DNA of 64,000 nt from an uncultured Actinomycetes bacterium (lineage in GTDB: Bacteria; Actinomycetota; UBA4738; HRBIN12). Location of the stretch: assembly GCA_963790335.1 (NCBI GenBank), contig CAWBOB010000005.1, positions 11,570 to 75,569 on the forward strand, read 5' to 3'. The position numbers were made by a program, and so were the translations under genes. Every line of letters starts with the position of its first letter. The first letter of the stretch is position 1. The notes beneath the pieces are model-generated. The model did no database searches and was not told where the DNA came from. It saw only the letters and a list, made by a program, of their open reading frames with translations. Below are positions 44,675 to 54,777 of the stretch, piece by piece.

Positions 44675-45493
44675 CTAGGGCACGAGGCCGAACACGGTGC
44701 TCGCCGCGCCGGAGCCGTGCCCGTTGCGTGGCCCCCCGATCACGATCCAGCCCCCGGTCGGCGGCATCTCACCGAGGTTGGTGAGGTTCTCGAGGGTGAA
44801 CCGGTGGCGGTTGAGCGTGAGCCACGATTCCATGAACGAGGCGTCACTCGACGGGTCGGGGCCGAACGTATCGGTGCCGAGCGCCCCCCGCTTCGCGAGC
44901 ACGCCGGTGTCGATCAGCCACCGCACCGCGAACCGCGAGAATCCCGGCTGGCTGAACCTGGCGCCGCGTTGTCCGCAGTTGTAGTAGGTGCGTGCGTTGC
45001 GCCCGATCTCGGGACCCCAGAATCGGCCGCACCCCGTCCACAGCAGCACGGCCGAGCCTGCGGGCATCTGCCCGTGGGTCGTCTCCCACGCCTGCAGGTC
45101 AGCCTTGGTGACCTCGTACTCGGCGTCGGCCGCCACCTCGTCACGCACGTCGACGACGACCGCCGGCAACACGTAGTCGGCCGCGTCGAGATCCTCGGCG
45201 CAGAGCTTGTCCTCGCGGAAGTGGCACGGCGCGCTGTAGTGCGTGCCGGTGTGCTCGCCTTCCCGCACGTACTGCATGTAGAACCCGTCGTCGGCGACGG
45301 TCGCGACCGTCGTGAGCCGGAACGCCGGGTCGCCTGGGAACAACGGCGTGCGCGCCGGGGCGTTCGTGTGGCTCAGGCTCACCACGCGTGAGAAGCCGGG
45401 AAGGGTCGTCGAGTCGTCACCACCGCCGCCGCGCCTCCCCGACGCGAGCCCCACCGCGAAGCTCGCGGCGACCGATGCGGCCACGACGAACAC
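44675..45493 (-). CDS. Cyclase-family protein (kynurenine formamidase-like, PF04199)
   Basis: Intact 272-aa ORF. ...LFPGDPAFRL...EGEHTGTHYSAPCHF...VVVDVRD...WTGCGRFW... matches the H-x-G-T-H-x-D-x-P-x-H style motif set of the putative cyclase family. N-terminal hydrophobic segment. Confidence 0.75.
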   Translation of the reverse strand: MFVVAASVAASFAVGLASGRRGGGGDDSTTLPGFSRVVSLSHTNAPARTPLFPGDPAFRLTTVATVADDGFYMQYVREGEHTGTHYSAPCHFREDKLCAEDLDAADYVLPAVVVDVRDEVAADAEYEVTKADLQAWETTHGQMPAGSAVLLWTGCGRFWGPEIGRNARTYYNCGQRGARFSQPGFSRFAVRWLIDTGVLAKRGALGTDTFGPDPSSDASFMESWLTLNRHRFTLENLTNLGEMPPTGGWIVIGGPRNGHGSGAASTVFGLVP

Positions 45494-45841
45494 GCATCAC
45501 CCTCGTCCTGCGCATGATTCCCCTCCCGCTCGTGGACGAGACATCGTCGCGCCGCGGGCTCGGTCCGCGCAAGTCGAGCGCGGCTCGGCCGGGGACCACG
45601 AGCCGCTCCCCTCCGCCGGATCTCGGGAGGAGCGACGGGAGCGACGCTCCATCGGGTATCCTCGTGTGGAACGCGCCGATCTCGTGTCGTCACGGGACGC
45701 GCGCGCGACGAAGTCTCGCGATCTCCGCTCGATCCGCCCGTTCCCGGGCGTTCCTTGCGCACAGGCGCCAGCCCTCGACGCGCACCGAACGACTGCCGGC
45801 CCTCGACGAGGGTCACCGAACGGGAGAGGACACACCGAACC

Positions 45842-47116
45842 GTGCATACCGATGCTGCCGCCGCACGACCCCTCGAGCACGAGCGCGAGCGACCCACGTT
45901 CACGACGCTCGGGGTGTCGCAACCGGTCGCCGAGGCGCTGCGCATGCGCGGCATCGAGCGGCCGTTCGCCATCCAGTCACTCGTGCTGCCCGATGCGCTC
46001 GACGGCCGCGACGTGCTCGCCCGCTCTCGCACGGGCTCGGGCAAGACGCTCGCGTTCGCCGTGCCGCTCGTCGAGCGCCTGCACCCCAGCGGCAAGAGCC
46101 CGACCGGCCTGATCCTCACGCCGACCCGGGAGCTGGCGAGCCAGGTCACCGAGGAGTTCCGGGCGATCGCCGACGTGAAGCACCTGCAGGTCGCCGCGGT
46201 GTACGGAGGCGTCGGCATCGGACCGCAGGCCAAACGCGCGCGTCACTGCGACATCGTGATCGCGACGCCGGGCAGGCTGCTCGATCTGGTGGCCCGCAAG
46301 GTCCTGCGCCTCGACCGGGTCCGCGCCTGCGTGCTCGACGAAGCCGACCGCATGCTGGACATGGGATTCCTGCCCGATGTGACCCGCATCCTCGAGATGC
46401 TGCGGCCCGACCGGCAGACGATGCTGTTCTCGGCGACCCTCGACGGCGAGGTCGGACGCCTCGCGAAGCGGTTCACGCGCGACGCGGTGCTGCACGAGAA
46501 CGGCGAGGCCGGCCCGAACATCGACCACGCGACGCACCGCTTCATCGCGGTGGAGCATCCGCTGAAGACCAAGGCGCTCGTGCGCGAACTCGCCGCCGAC
46601 CGCGGCCTCACGCTGATCTTCGTGCGCACCCAGCGGGGCGCCGACCGCCTTGCGCGCAACCTGCGCAAGGAGGGGTTCAGGGCCGGTGAGCTGCACGGAG
46701 GCATGTCGCAGCCCCAGCGCGAACGGTCGCTCGGGCGGTTCGCGACCGGCGCCAACGACGTGCTGGTGGCCACCGACGTGGCGGCCCGGGGGCTCGACCT
46801 GGAGGACATCACCCACGTGATCAACTTCGATGCGCCGGCCGACGAGAAGGCGTACGTTCACCGGGTGGGACGCACCGCGCGCGCCGGCCGCGGCGGTGAA
46901 GGCGTGACGTTCGTCACACCCGAACAGCGCCTCGAGGTGGGTCGCATCGCGAAGACACTCGACCTGAACGCCCAGTTCGTGCAGGCTGGACTCTCGAAGG
47001 CGCCGCAGCACCAGCGAGGCAACGCGCAGACCCGCAAGCCGAACGGAGGTACGAACCATCGACGTCGACAAGATCGCAGAGGCGCTCCGGCTGGTCGAAA
47101 GCGATCAGCTCGGTGA
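45842..47116 (+). CDS. DEAD-box ATP-dependent RNA helicase with basic C-terminal tail
   Basis: Q-motif FTTLGV...PFAIQ, SRTGSGKT, PTRELA, DEADRMLDMGF, SAT, ATDVAARGLD, HRVGRTARAG. GTG 45842 follows GGGAGAGGA; the ORF-track TTG 45755 is an alternative start. Confidence 0.9.
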   Translation: MHTDAAAARPLEHERERPTFTTLGVSQPVAEALRMRGIERPFAIQSLVLPDALDGRDVLARSRTGSGKTLAFAVPLVERLHPSGKSPTGLILTPTRELASQVTEEFRAIADVKHLQVAAVYGGVGIGPQAKRARHCDIVIATPGRLLDLVARKVLRLDRVRACVLDEADRMLDMGFLPDVTRILEMLRPDRQTMLFSATLDGEVGRLAKRFTRDAVLHENGEAGPNIDHATHRFIAVEHPLKTKALVRELAADRGLTLIFVRTQRGADRLARNLRKEGFRAGELHGGMSQPQRERSLGRFATGANDVLVATDVAARGLDLEDITHVINFDAPADEKAYVHRVGRTARAGRGGEGVTFVTPEQRLEVGRIAKTLDLNAQFVQAGLSKAPQHQRGNAQTRKPNGGTNHRRRQDRRGAPAGRKRSAR

Positions 47117-47138
47117 CGCCGCGAAGGTGCTCGGTTCC

Positions 47139-47309
47139 ATGGTGCGAGGGAAACGCTTCACGCGTCCGAGCCGTCTGAACGCCGAGTCGGTCGAGGTCGA
47201 CGAGGTCAAGGGCTGGCTCCGCGAGGCGATCGCCGACCCCACATCGGCCGATTCCAAGTTCATGGTGGAGCGCGCCTACTACAAGCTCCGCACGCTCGCG
47301 CCCGCCTGA
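47139..47309 (+). CDS. Small hypothetical protein downstream of the helicase (start uncertain)
   Basis: ORF-track 47127..47309. ATG 47139 follows GAAGGTG. The same frame is open upstream to an ATC at 47058 that lies 8 nt after a perfect GGAGG. No family recognised. Confidence 0.35.
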   Translation: MVRGKRFTRPSRLNAESVEVDEVKGWLREAIADPTSADSKFMVERAYYKLRTLAPA

Positions 47310-47596
47310 GCACGCGCACACGGCCTCCCCCGCGAGAGCGTGGTCGGAGACCTGTGCCGAGGTGCCGGGGACCGATGGCCGATGCGTCGCTGCCCGGCGA
47401 GGCGCACACTCGTCTCATGAACGACCCGGCTTACCTGTCAGCACGTCGATGTCGCGCTCTCCCTGCAACAGATGATCCGGGAGCGCGAGACCGCGCGCGG
47501 CGGCTTCCCGGCCACGGTGGCGATCGGCGAGGCCTGCGGCAGGCCGTCGATCGGCTCGGTCGAAACCGACGGCGTTCGTCATCGGTTCTGCGCCGA

Positions 47597-48830
47597 TCAC
47601 GTGTTGGAAGAGCGCATCTCCCGGTAGCGCCCGTACAGACGGGTGAGCTCGGTCGGTGGATCGAGCCAGTACGCCGCCTGATCGATGTCGATGAACGCGT
47701 CGGGGCCATGACCGGCACCGGCGTCCACCCGTGGCCGTCCGGCGAGGGCCGAGATCTGGGCGAGGGCCGGCTTGGCCGATCCGTCCGAACGCCACAACCC
47801 GAAGGACCGCTCGTGCGTCGCCTCGTCCAGGGGAGGCTCGGCCCAGCGCTCGGACACGTAGTCCGCGTGGCACCAGACCATGGCTCCCGTGCACCCGGCG
47901 AGGCGAAGGCCTTCCAGCACGAGCCCCGTGTAGCGGGCGGCCTCGGCTTCCCCGACCAGCGCCGGACCATGTGGATCATCGTCGACGTCTGCCGGAACGC
48001 CGACCGGCGCGGTCGGCAGTCCGAACTCGCTGAACAGCACGTCTGCGCCGCCGCCCAGCCACCGGGTCACGTGAGCCAGGAACGGCACGAGGTGCTCATC
48101 GGTGGCGCCGCCGGCCCACGGCGCGTAGATCGGGTAGCCGTGCATCGTGAGGAAGTCGCACACCTCGGCGGCCTCCCCCGGACCGATCATGCGGTCCTGT
48201 TCCAGGTCTTCCATGTGCAGCCCGATGGTGATCTCGGTCCCGGGATCGGCGGTCCTGATCGCCTGCGTCATGCGGCCGAGCCAGCCCTCGGCCGTGCTCG
48301 CGGTCGGGGGGCACGACGCAGTTCGAGTTCTCGTTGCCGAGATCCCACGCCCAGAGCGCGCGATGGCCTGCGAGCGCGCCCGCGGCTTCCCGCGCGAGCA
48401 CCGCCTGCGCACGCACCATGCCCGGATCGGCGTACCACGAGCGCAGACCCTCGGCGACGATGCGGCCGCCGCTCACGACCCGGAAGCGAGGGTCTCGTGC
48501 GATGCCCCCGAGCGCCCACCCGGGGATCCAGTTGACACCGCTCATGTGGCCCGTGAACAGGGTGGGCATGAGGCTCAGCCCCGCGTCCGCGGCGGCGTCG
48601 GCCACCTGCACGAGCCGCCGGAGCGCACCGCGATCGACCCTGCCGGGCTCTGGCTGGAAGGTTTCCCACAGCAGGAAGATGCGTACCGAGTCCAGACCGC
48701 TCGCGGCGATGACCGCGAGGTCGCGCGAGACCTCGCCGAGGTCGAAGCTCGACCACCATGCCATGGCCGTGCGTGCCGGCCAGTAGTTGACGCCGAGCCG
48801 GAACGCTTCGCCCGGCGGATCAGCTCGCAC
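47597..48830 (-). CDS. Glycoside hydrolase, TIM-barrel clan GH-A (GH5-like); +1 frame break at the G6 run 48306-48311
   Basis: FRLGVNYWP...SVRIFLLWETFQPEPG...WAWDLGNENSN (acid/base NE) | ...CDFLTMHGYPIY...VLFSEFG (nucleophile E)...GAMVWCHADY. Pieces are ORF-track 48096..48911 and 47597..48412. GTG comp. 48828-48830 overlaps the GT4 stop by 11 nt. Span 1234 = 3n+1. Confidence 0.75.
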
Positions 48831-49851
48831 GGCGGACGGGCGCGTGCGTGGTGCTCGGATCGACGATGCGCCGGTAGAGCGCGAGGTAGTCCTCGACCAT
48901 GCGCGAGACATCGAACCGCGGGTGCATCGACGCCCGGACCGCCTCCCGCTCCATCAGGCGCGCCTCGCCGACGGCCCGCACCGCGTCGTCGATCGTGTCG
49001 ACCAGGAACCCGTTGACGCCGTCGCGCACGATCTCGGGCATGGAGCCGCGGCGGTTCGCCACGACCGGCGTGCCGCACGCCATCGCCTCGACGACGCTGA
49101 ATCCGAACGGCTCCTCGAAGTTCACCAGGTGCAGCAGGGCCGCGGCGCCGCCGAGGAGCTCGGCGCGATCGGACGGACCGACCGAGCCGACGTAGGCGAC
49201 GCGTTCCCCGTCGATATGGGGCTCGACACGTTCGGCGAAGTACTCGGCGTCCTGCACGATGCCGGCGATCGTGAGCGGAAGGTTGGAGCGCCGTGCCACC
49301 TCGATCGCCTCGGCCACTCCCTTGTCGGGGTGGATGCGTCCGAACACGAGCAAGGAGTCGACCGTCGGTGCTCCCAGCGGGAAGGCGGCCGTGTCGATGC
49401 CGTGATGGATCGTCGCGGCGTAGTCGAGACGCTCGTCGCGGTCGGCGTCGCTGATCGCGACGTAGTGGCTCCGGTGCGCGTAGCGCTCGAACACCGGCAC
49501 GATGCGGTCCGACGAGAAACCGTGGATCGTCGTCACGACGGGCGTCTCGACGAGGCCGCTGTATGTCAGCGGCAGGAAATCGAAGTTGTTGTGGATCAGG
49601 TCGAACTCGTCGGCTCGCTCGAACACCGAGGCGATGTGCAGGCCTTCCCAGACCTTGGGATCGAGGCTCGCATCCTCGGAGTAGCCGGTGGGCGCAGTGG
49701 CGACGTGCCGGGCGGAGGTGATCGAATCGGCCGTCGCGAACAGGGTCACGTCGACGCCTCGCTGGACCAGACCCTCGGTGAGGAGCGAGACGAACTGCTC
49801 CCACGGTCCGTAGTGACGCGGAGGCACGCGCCACGAGATGGGCGCGAGCAT
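48820..49851 (-). CDS. GT4-family (group 1) glycosyltransferase
   Basis: MLAPISWRVPPRHYGPWEQ...; C-terminal E-x7-E region (NFEEPFGFSVVEAMACGTPVV). Intact. ORF-track start 49914 is an alternative. ATG comp. 49849-49851 gives the usual M-x-(I/L)A-x-(I/V)S start. Confidence 0.85.
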   Translation of the reverse strand: MLAPISWRVPPRHYGPWEQFVSLLTEGLVQRGVDVTLFATADSITSARHVATAPTGYSEDASLDPKVWEGLHIASVFERADEFDLIHNNFDFLPLTYSGLVETPVVTTIHGFSSDRIVPVFERYAHRSHYVAISDADRDERLDYAATIHHGIDTAAFPLGAPTVDSLLVFGRIHPDKGVAEAIEVARRSNLPLTIAGIVQDAEYFAERVEPHIDGERVAYVGSVGPSDRAELLGGAAALLHLVNFEEPFGFSVVEAMACGTPVVANRRGSMPEIVRDGVNGFLVDTIDDAVRAVGEARLMEREAVRASMHPRFDVSRMVEDYLALYRRIVDPSTTHAPVRRAS

Positions 49852-49983
49852 CGCCACGCGAAGCTCACGCCAGGTGAGGGGTCGAGCTGAAGCGTCGGAA
49901 GCGGACATCGCCATGCGAGGGTAACCGCTCCCTCGGCGGGCGAAACCCGCCCCCTGCGCGGCAGGCGGTGTCGAGGTCGCGGG

Positions 49984-50085
49984 CTACTTGCTGCCCTTGG
50001 CCTTCTTGGCCGCGCGCTTCTCCTTCAGCGTCTTGCTCGCCGCCGTCTTCGAGCCCTTGCCACCGCCCTTGTCCTTGCTGGCCAT
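49984..50085 (-). CDS. 33-aa lysine-rich small basic protein
   Basis: ATG comp. 50083-50085 follows GGAAAGGAG. Product MASKDKGGGKGSKTAASKTLKEKRAAKKAKGSK, stop comp. 49984-49986. Below the ORF-track cutoff. The overlapping 92-aa ORF 49865..50143 looks compositional. Confidence 0.5.
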   Translation of the reverse strand: MASKDKGGGKGSKTAASKTLKEKRAAKKAKGSK

Positions 50086-50233
50086 GACCGCTCCTTTCCT
50101 GGTCCGGTTCGGTTCGCCCGTGTCGCTCCCTACCATGCCACACACGGCGGCCGTCGTGCCGTCATCGTCCGGCGATCGGGCACCCGCCTCCCGGCCCGCG
50201 CCGAGAGCCGGTCGCGGCTAGGCTGGCCCGGCC

Positions 50234-51956
50234 ATGGCCGTCCTCGTCGAGATCATCGAGCTGCGCGTGCTGGACGGGCCGAACCTGTACTTCCCGCGGC
50301 CCGCGGTGAAGCTCTCCCTCGCCGTACCCGGGTGGCTGCGGGCGACCGAGCCGCGTCTCGCGCGCATGGCGACCGACATGCAGCTCACGGGACGCGCGCA
50401 GCCAGGTTCGCGGTCGAGCGAGCAGCGCCGCCGCTTCACCGCTCGGGTGGCAGCGCACGTCACGCGGTCGATCGCCCGGGCCGCCCACGTGCACCTGGCC
50501 GTGCGCGTCCGCCCGGGGCCGGGTACCGACGCGATCGTGGTCGCGTTCCCGTGGCGGCGACGCGACGTGGCCGAGGCGCTCGCCCGTCAGGTCGCCGCGA
50601 CGATGCGCGATCTGCTGGGCACGCGTCGGTCGCTCGCCGGCCTGGTCGACGAGGCGGCCGAGCGCATCGAGGCCGTCGAGCCGGGAGAGACGCCGAACGG
50701 TGACCGACCCGACGATCCCCGTCGTCGCCGTGACGGGCACGAACGGCAAGACCACGACGGTGCGGCTGCTCGCCCACATCGTTCGCACGAGCGGGCAGAG
50801 CGTCGCGTACTCCTCGACCGACGGCGTCTTCCGCGACGGGGTGCTCGTGGAGGCAGGCGACTACTCCGGCTTCGGGGGCGCGCAGATGGCGCTGTCACAA
50901 CCGGGCATCGACATCGCGATCCTCGAGACCGCTCGGGGGGGCATCCTGCTGCGCGGCATCGGCACGTCGCACAACGACGTTTCGGTCGTCACGAACGTCT
51001 CGGCCGACCACCTGGGGCTGCACGGCATCGAGACGCTCGATCAGCTCGCCGAGGTCAAGGCCGCGATCACCACGATCACGAGACCCTCCGGCTTCCACGT
51101 GCTGAACGCGGACGACCCGCGCGTGCTGGCCATGAACCGCCGGGCCGGAGGCCGGCCGTTCATGTGCTCGCTCGACCCGCATCATCCGGCGTTGCGTGAG
51201 GCGCTCGCCGACGGGGGGCGAGCCCTCACCGTGCTCGACCGGAGCCTCGCCGAGCTCGGCCGCCGCGGCTCGCGGAGGTTCGTCGACCTCGAGCAGGTGC
51301 CGATGACGCTCGCCGGCATCGCGTCGCAGCACGTGCACAACGCGATGTCGGCCACGGCGGCGGCGCTCGCGATCGGACTCCCACGGCACTCCATCGTCGA
51401 GGGGCTGCGGACCTTCCTGCCCGATGCCGAGGCGAACCCCGGCCGTGCCAACGTGTACGAGCTCGGTGAACGCGTGATCGTGCTCGACTACGCGCACAAC
51501 GAAGCCGGCATCGACGGGCTCGCCGAGATCGCTCGAGGGCTCTGCGCGCCGGGAGGCGAGACGTGGCTCGCCTTCGGCACGGCCGGGGACCGCGACGACG
51601 AGCTCCTGCACGGACTCGGCTACCGAGCGGCCCGCGGGGCCGACCACGTGGTCATCGCGGAACTCCATCGCTACCTGCGCGGGCGCGACCCCGACGACCT
51701 CGTGAGCCGGCTCCGGGCCGGCGCGCTCGACGGCGGCGCCGACGACGTGCCGGCTCGGCCCGACGAGGTGTCGGCGCTCCGATTCATGCTCGATCGCTCG
51801 AGGTCCCGTGACGTGTTGGCGATCACCGCGCTCGCGCAGCGCCCGGAGATGTTCGCGTTGCTCGACGACGAGCTCGGCGCGCGGCGGGCCGACCCCGAGG
51901 CCGTGCGAGCGCTCGTCCGCCGCGCTCGGCCCGGCCGACGGCTCAACCGTCGGTAG
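50234..51956 (+). CDS. Cyanophycin-synthetase paralogue with N-domain and Mur-ligase (M) domain but no ATP-grasp domain; +1 frame break near 50690-50705
   Basis: The N-terminus IIELRVLDGPNLYFPRPAVKLSLAV parallels CphA QTQVFRGPNYFSYEPAIRLVV. About 155 codons later come PVVAVTGTNGKTTTVRLLAHIV, LETARGGILLRG, NVSADHLGLHGIETLDQLAEVK and LDYAHN, each mirroring the M-domain of the adjacent cphA (IVAVTGSNGKTTTVRMIAHV, FEVARGGILREG, NVTGDHLGLRDIDTIEQLAAVK, LDYAHN). Pieces are ORF-track 50234.. and 50700..51956. Span 1723 = 3n+1. Confidence 0.75.
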
Positions 51957-54777
51957 CGCGATCCGCGTCGAAGGGGCGCGCCGCCGAACGCCGGGACTCG
52001 ATCTCGTCCCACACCTCCGCAGCCTGGTCGACGCAGAGCACCACCAGATCGCCCGGACGGCTGCGATCGAGTGCCGACCGACAGGCCTCGAGCTCGTCGG
52101 TGATGATCTCCGCGGCGCCCACCCGGGCGCCCTGCGCGCGTGCCTCGTCGAGGCCCTGCATCACGAGCGCTCCGGTCTCGCCGCGCTCACGCCCCCTGGT
52201 GTGCACGTCCTCCCGGACGATGACCTCGTCGAAGTACCGGGCGGCGACACGGCCGAGCTCGCGCATGTCGTCGTCACGACGGTCTCCCGCGGTGGCCACC
52301 ACCGCGACGCGCAGGTTGGCCGACCACGACGGCGCGCTCGGGTGCTCGACGGGTGAGCTCGCGGTCATGCGCTCGACGAAGTCGCCCACGGTCTGCAGTC
52401 CCGCGGCGTTGTGCGCGTAGTCGAGCAGCACCGTCACGCCCTTGAGATCCACGAGGTTCAGGCGACCCGGCGCCTGGAAGAAGTCGGTCGTGAACGTGCG
52501 AAGCCCGTGGCGGATGTCGTGCAGGTGCGCACCCGAGACGTGGGCGGCCGCCACGGCCGCCAGCAGGTTCTGCACGTTCATGCGCGCGCGCCCGTCGAAC
52601 GTCGCCGGGAACTGATGCGTGTACCCGACCGGCATCGACCGCCTGCCGTCGCGCAGCACGATCTGCTCGCCCTTCGGATCGCGGACGAGCACCACAGCCT
52701 TGCGTCCTCGCCGGACCCAGCGCTCGATCAGCTCGTGGTCCTGGTTCATCGTGAACAGGATCACGTTGCCGGGACAGTGCTTGCGCATCGCGAGCACGAG
52801 CTCGTCGTCGGCGTTCAGCACCGCGTAGCCGTCGCGCGGCACGGCCTCGACGATCACGCGCTTCACGGCCGCGAGTTGCTCGATCGTGTCGATGTCACGC
52901 AGGCCGAGGTGGTCACCGGTGACGTTCAATACGACCGCGACGTCGTTGCGCCCGTACCCCAGGCCTTCGCGCAGGATGCCGCCGCGGGCGACCTCGAACA
53001 CCGCGAAGTCGACGCGGGGATTCTGCAGCACGGTCAGCGCCGATCGCGGACCGCTCGCGTCGACACGCTTCGTGAGCCGCCCGTCGATGATGATGCCGTC
53101 GGTCGAGGTGAGACCCACCTTGCGGCCCATGTTCTTCATGACGTGCGCGATCATGCGCACCGTCGTGGTCTTGCCGTTGGAGCCCGTCACCGCCACGATC
53201 GGGATGCGTGAGGGCGAGCCGGCCGGGAACAGCATGTCGATCACCGGGCGCGCCACGTACTGCGGCTCCCCCTCGGTCGGGTGGGTGTGCATGCGGAACC
53301 CGGGCGCCGCGTTCACCTCGACGATCGCGCCGCCGGTCTCGCGCACCGGCACCGTGATGTCGGGGGCGATGAAGTCGATGCCCGCGACGTCGAGACCCAC
53401 GACACGTGCGGCTTCCTCGGCGATGTCGACGTTGTCCTCGTGCGCCTCCCATGTGCGGTCGATCGAGCTCCCGCCGGTCGACATGTTGCCGGTGGCCGCG
53501 AGCAGCACCATCTCGCCGGCCTCGGGGACGTCGTCGAGCCCGTGCCCCTGCGAGCCAACCAGCGTCTCGGCCACCTCGTCGATGCGGATGCGCGTGAGCA
53601 CCTTCTCGTGCCCCACGCCCCGCCGCGGATCGGCGTTGGCCAGATCGACGAGCTGACGAACGGTGAGCGTGCCGTCGCCGACCACGTGGGCGGGCACGCG
53701 TTCGGCCACCGCGACCATGGTGCCGCCGATCACGAGCAGGCGGTAGTCGCGGCCGGTCACCATGCCCTCGACCACCACACGCCCACCCCGGCTCTGCTTG
53801 AGCGCGCGCGAGAACGCGCCGCGCACGGCGCGCAGCGTCGTGAGATCGAGGGCGACCCCCCTTCCGTGGTTGCCGTCGAGCGGCTTCACCACCACGGGGA
53901 ACCCGATGCGCTTCGCGGCGTCCACGGCTTCGTCGACGGTGCGGACGACCTTGCCCATCGGCACCGGCAGACCGGCCGACTCCAGCAGCTGCCTGGTGAG
54001 CTGCTTGTCGCCTGCGACATCGACGGCGAGCGCCGACGTCAGCGAGGTCATGGTGGCCCTGATGCGCTGCTGGTACATGCCTTGGCCGAGCTGCACGAAG
54101 CTCTGATCGTTGAGACGGATGTACGGGATGTCGCGCGCCTCTGCCTCATCGAGGAGCGCCTGGGTCGAGGGGCCGAACGCTCGTCGTTCGGCGAGCAGGA
54201 TCAACCGCTCGAGCTCGTCGACGAACTCGAAGCCGCGCTCGCGCTTCACGAGATGGTTCACGAGGCGCACGGCGAGCGCGCCCGCCGCGAGGCCGACCTG
54301 CTCCTCCCAGTAGCCGTAGGTCACGTTGTACTCGCCGGGCCTGCCGGTGCTGCGGGTCTTGCCCCGATAGACCTGCGCCCCCGACTCGCGCTGGAGCTCG
54401 ATCGCGATGTGCTCGGCGACGTGGCCGGCCCATGTGCCTTCCTCGAGCCGCTCCCGGAACCCGCCCGCGTGACCTCGCGAACAGGAGTGCTCCCCGACCC
54501 CGGGGAGCAGCTCGAGCAACGTCTCGGTGAACCCGGGAAGCGTGTTCGACGGCCAGCGCTCGAGGGAGCCGAGGTCGACCACCAGCCGGATCGCCGGTTC
54601 GTACGAGAAGTAGTTGGGGCCACGGAAGACCTGCGTCTGCACGATGCGCAGATCTGGCCGTGGGCGCGACGAGGCGCGCGTTCGCTTCGCGGGCGCCTCC
54701 TTCACCGGGGCCTTCTTCGCCGGCCCCTCGCGTTTCGGCCGGGGAGCGGAGGAGCGACGGCCGGCGGTGGCGGTCAC
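51943..54777 (-). CDS. cphA: Cyanophycin synthetase (N + ATP-grasp G + Mur-ligase M domains)
   Basis: Intact frame. FRGPNYFS...EHSCSRGHAGGFRERLEEGTWAGHVAEHIAIELQ (N domain); ATP-grasp VVVKPLDGNHGRGV...; AVTGSNGKTTT...DYAHN (M domain). GTG comp. 54775-54777 overlaps the cphB stop (GTGA). The ORF-track entry extends to 55008 inside cphB. Confidence 0.9.
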   Translation of the reverse strand: MTATAGRRSSAPRPKREGPAKKAPVKEAPAKRTRASSRPRPDLRIVQTQVFRGPNYFSYEPAIRLVVDLGSLERWPSNTLPGFTETLLELLPGVGEHSCSRGHAGGFRERLEEGTWAGHVAEHIAIELQRESGAQVYRGKTRSTGRPGEYNVTYGYWEEQVGLAAGALAVRLVNHLVKRERGFEFVDELERLILLAERRAFGPSTQALLDEAEARDIPYIRLNDQSFVQLGQGMYQQRIRATMTSLTSALAVDVAGDKQLTRQLLESAGLPVPMGKVVRTVDEAVDAAKRIGFPVVVKPLDGNHGRGVALDLTTLRAVRGAFSRALKQSRGGRVVVEGMVTGRDYRLLVIGGTMVAVAERVPAHVVGDGTLTVRQLVDLANADPRRGVGHEKVLTRIRIDEVAETLVGSQGHGLDDVPEAGEMVLLAATGNMSTGGSSIDRTWEAHEDNVDIAEEAARVVGLDVAGIDFIAPDITVPVRETGGAIVEVNAAPGFRMHTHPTEGEPQYVARPVIDMLFPAGSPSRIPIVAVTGSNGKTTTVRMIAHVMKNMGRKVGLTSTDGIIIDGRLTKRVDASGPRSALTVLQNPRVDFAVFEVARGGILREGLGYGRNDVAVVLNVTGDHLGLRDIDTIEQLAAVKRVIVEAVPRDGYAVLNADDELVLAMRKHCPGNVILFTMNQDHELIERWVRRGRKAVVLVRDPKGEQIVLRDGRRSMPVGYTHQFPATFDGRARMNVQNLLAAVAAAHVSGAHLHDIRHGLRTFTTDFFQAPGRLNLVDLKGVTVLLDYAHNAAGLQTVGDFVERMTASSPVEHPSAPSWSANLRVAVVATAGDRRDDDMRELGRVAARYFDEVIVREDVHTRGRERGETGALVMQGLDEARAQGARVGAAEIITDELEACRSALDRSRPGDLVVLCVDQAAEVWDEIESRRSAARPFDADRATDG

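Noticed and set aside
47478-47627. GC3-rich plus-strand reading (…MIRERETARGGFPATVAIGEACGRPSIGSVETDGVRHRFCADHVLEERISR-stop) between the small ORF and the hydrolase gene
   Set aside because: It is under 50 codons from the only ATG, has no ribosome-binding site and no recognisable family, and overlaps the hydrolase 3' end. The coordinates are approximate.
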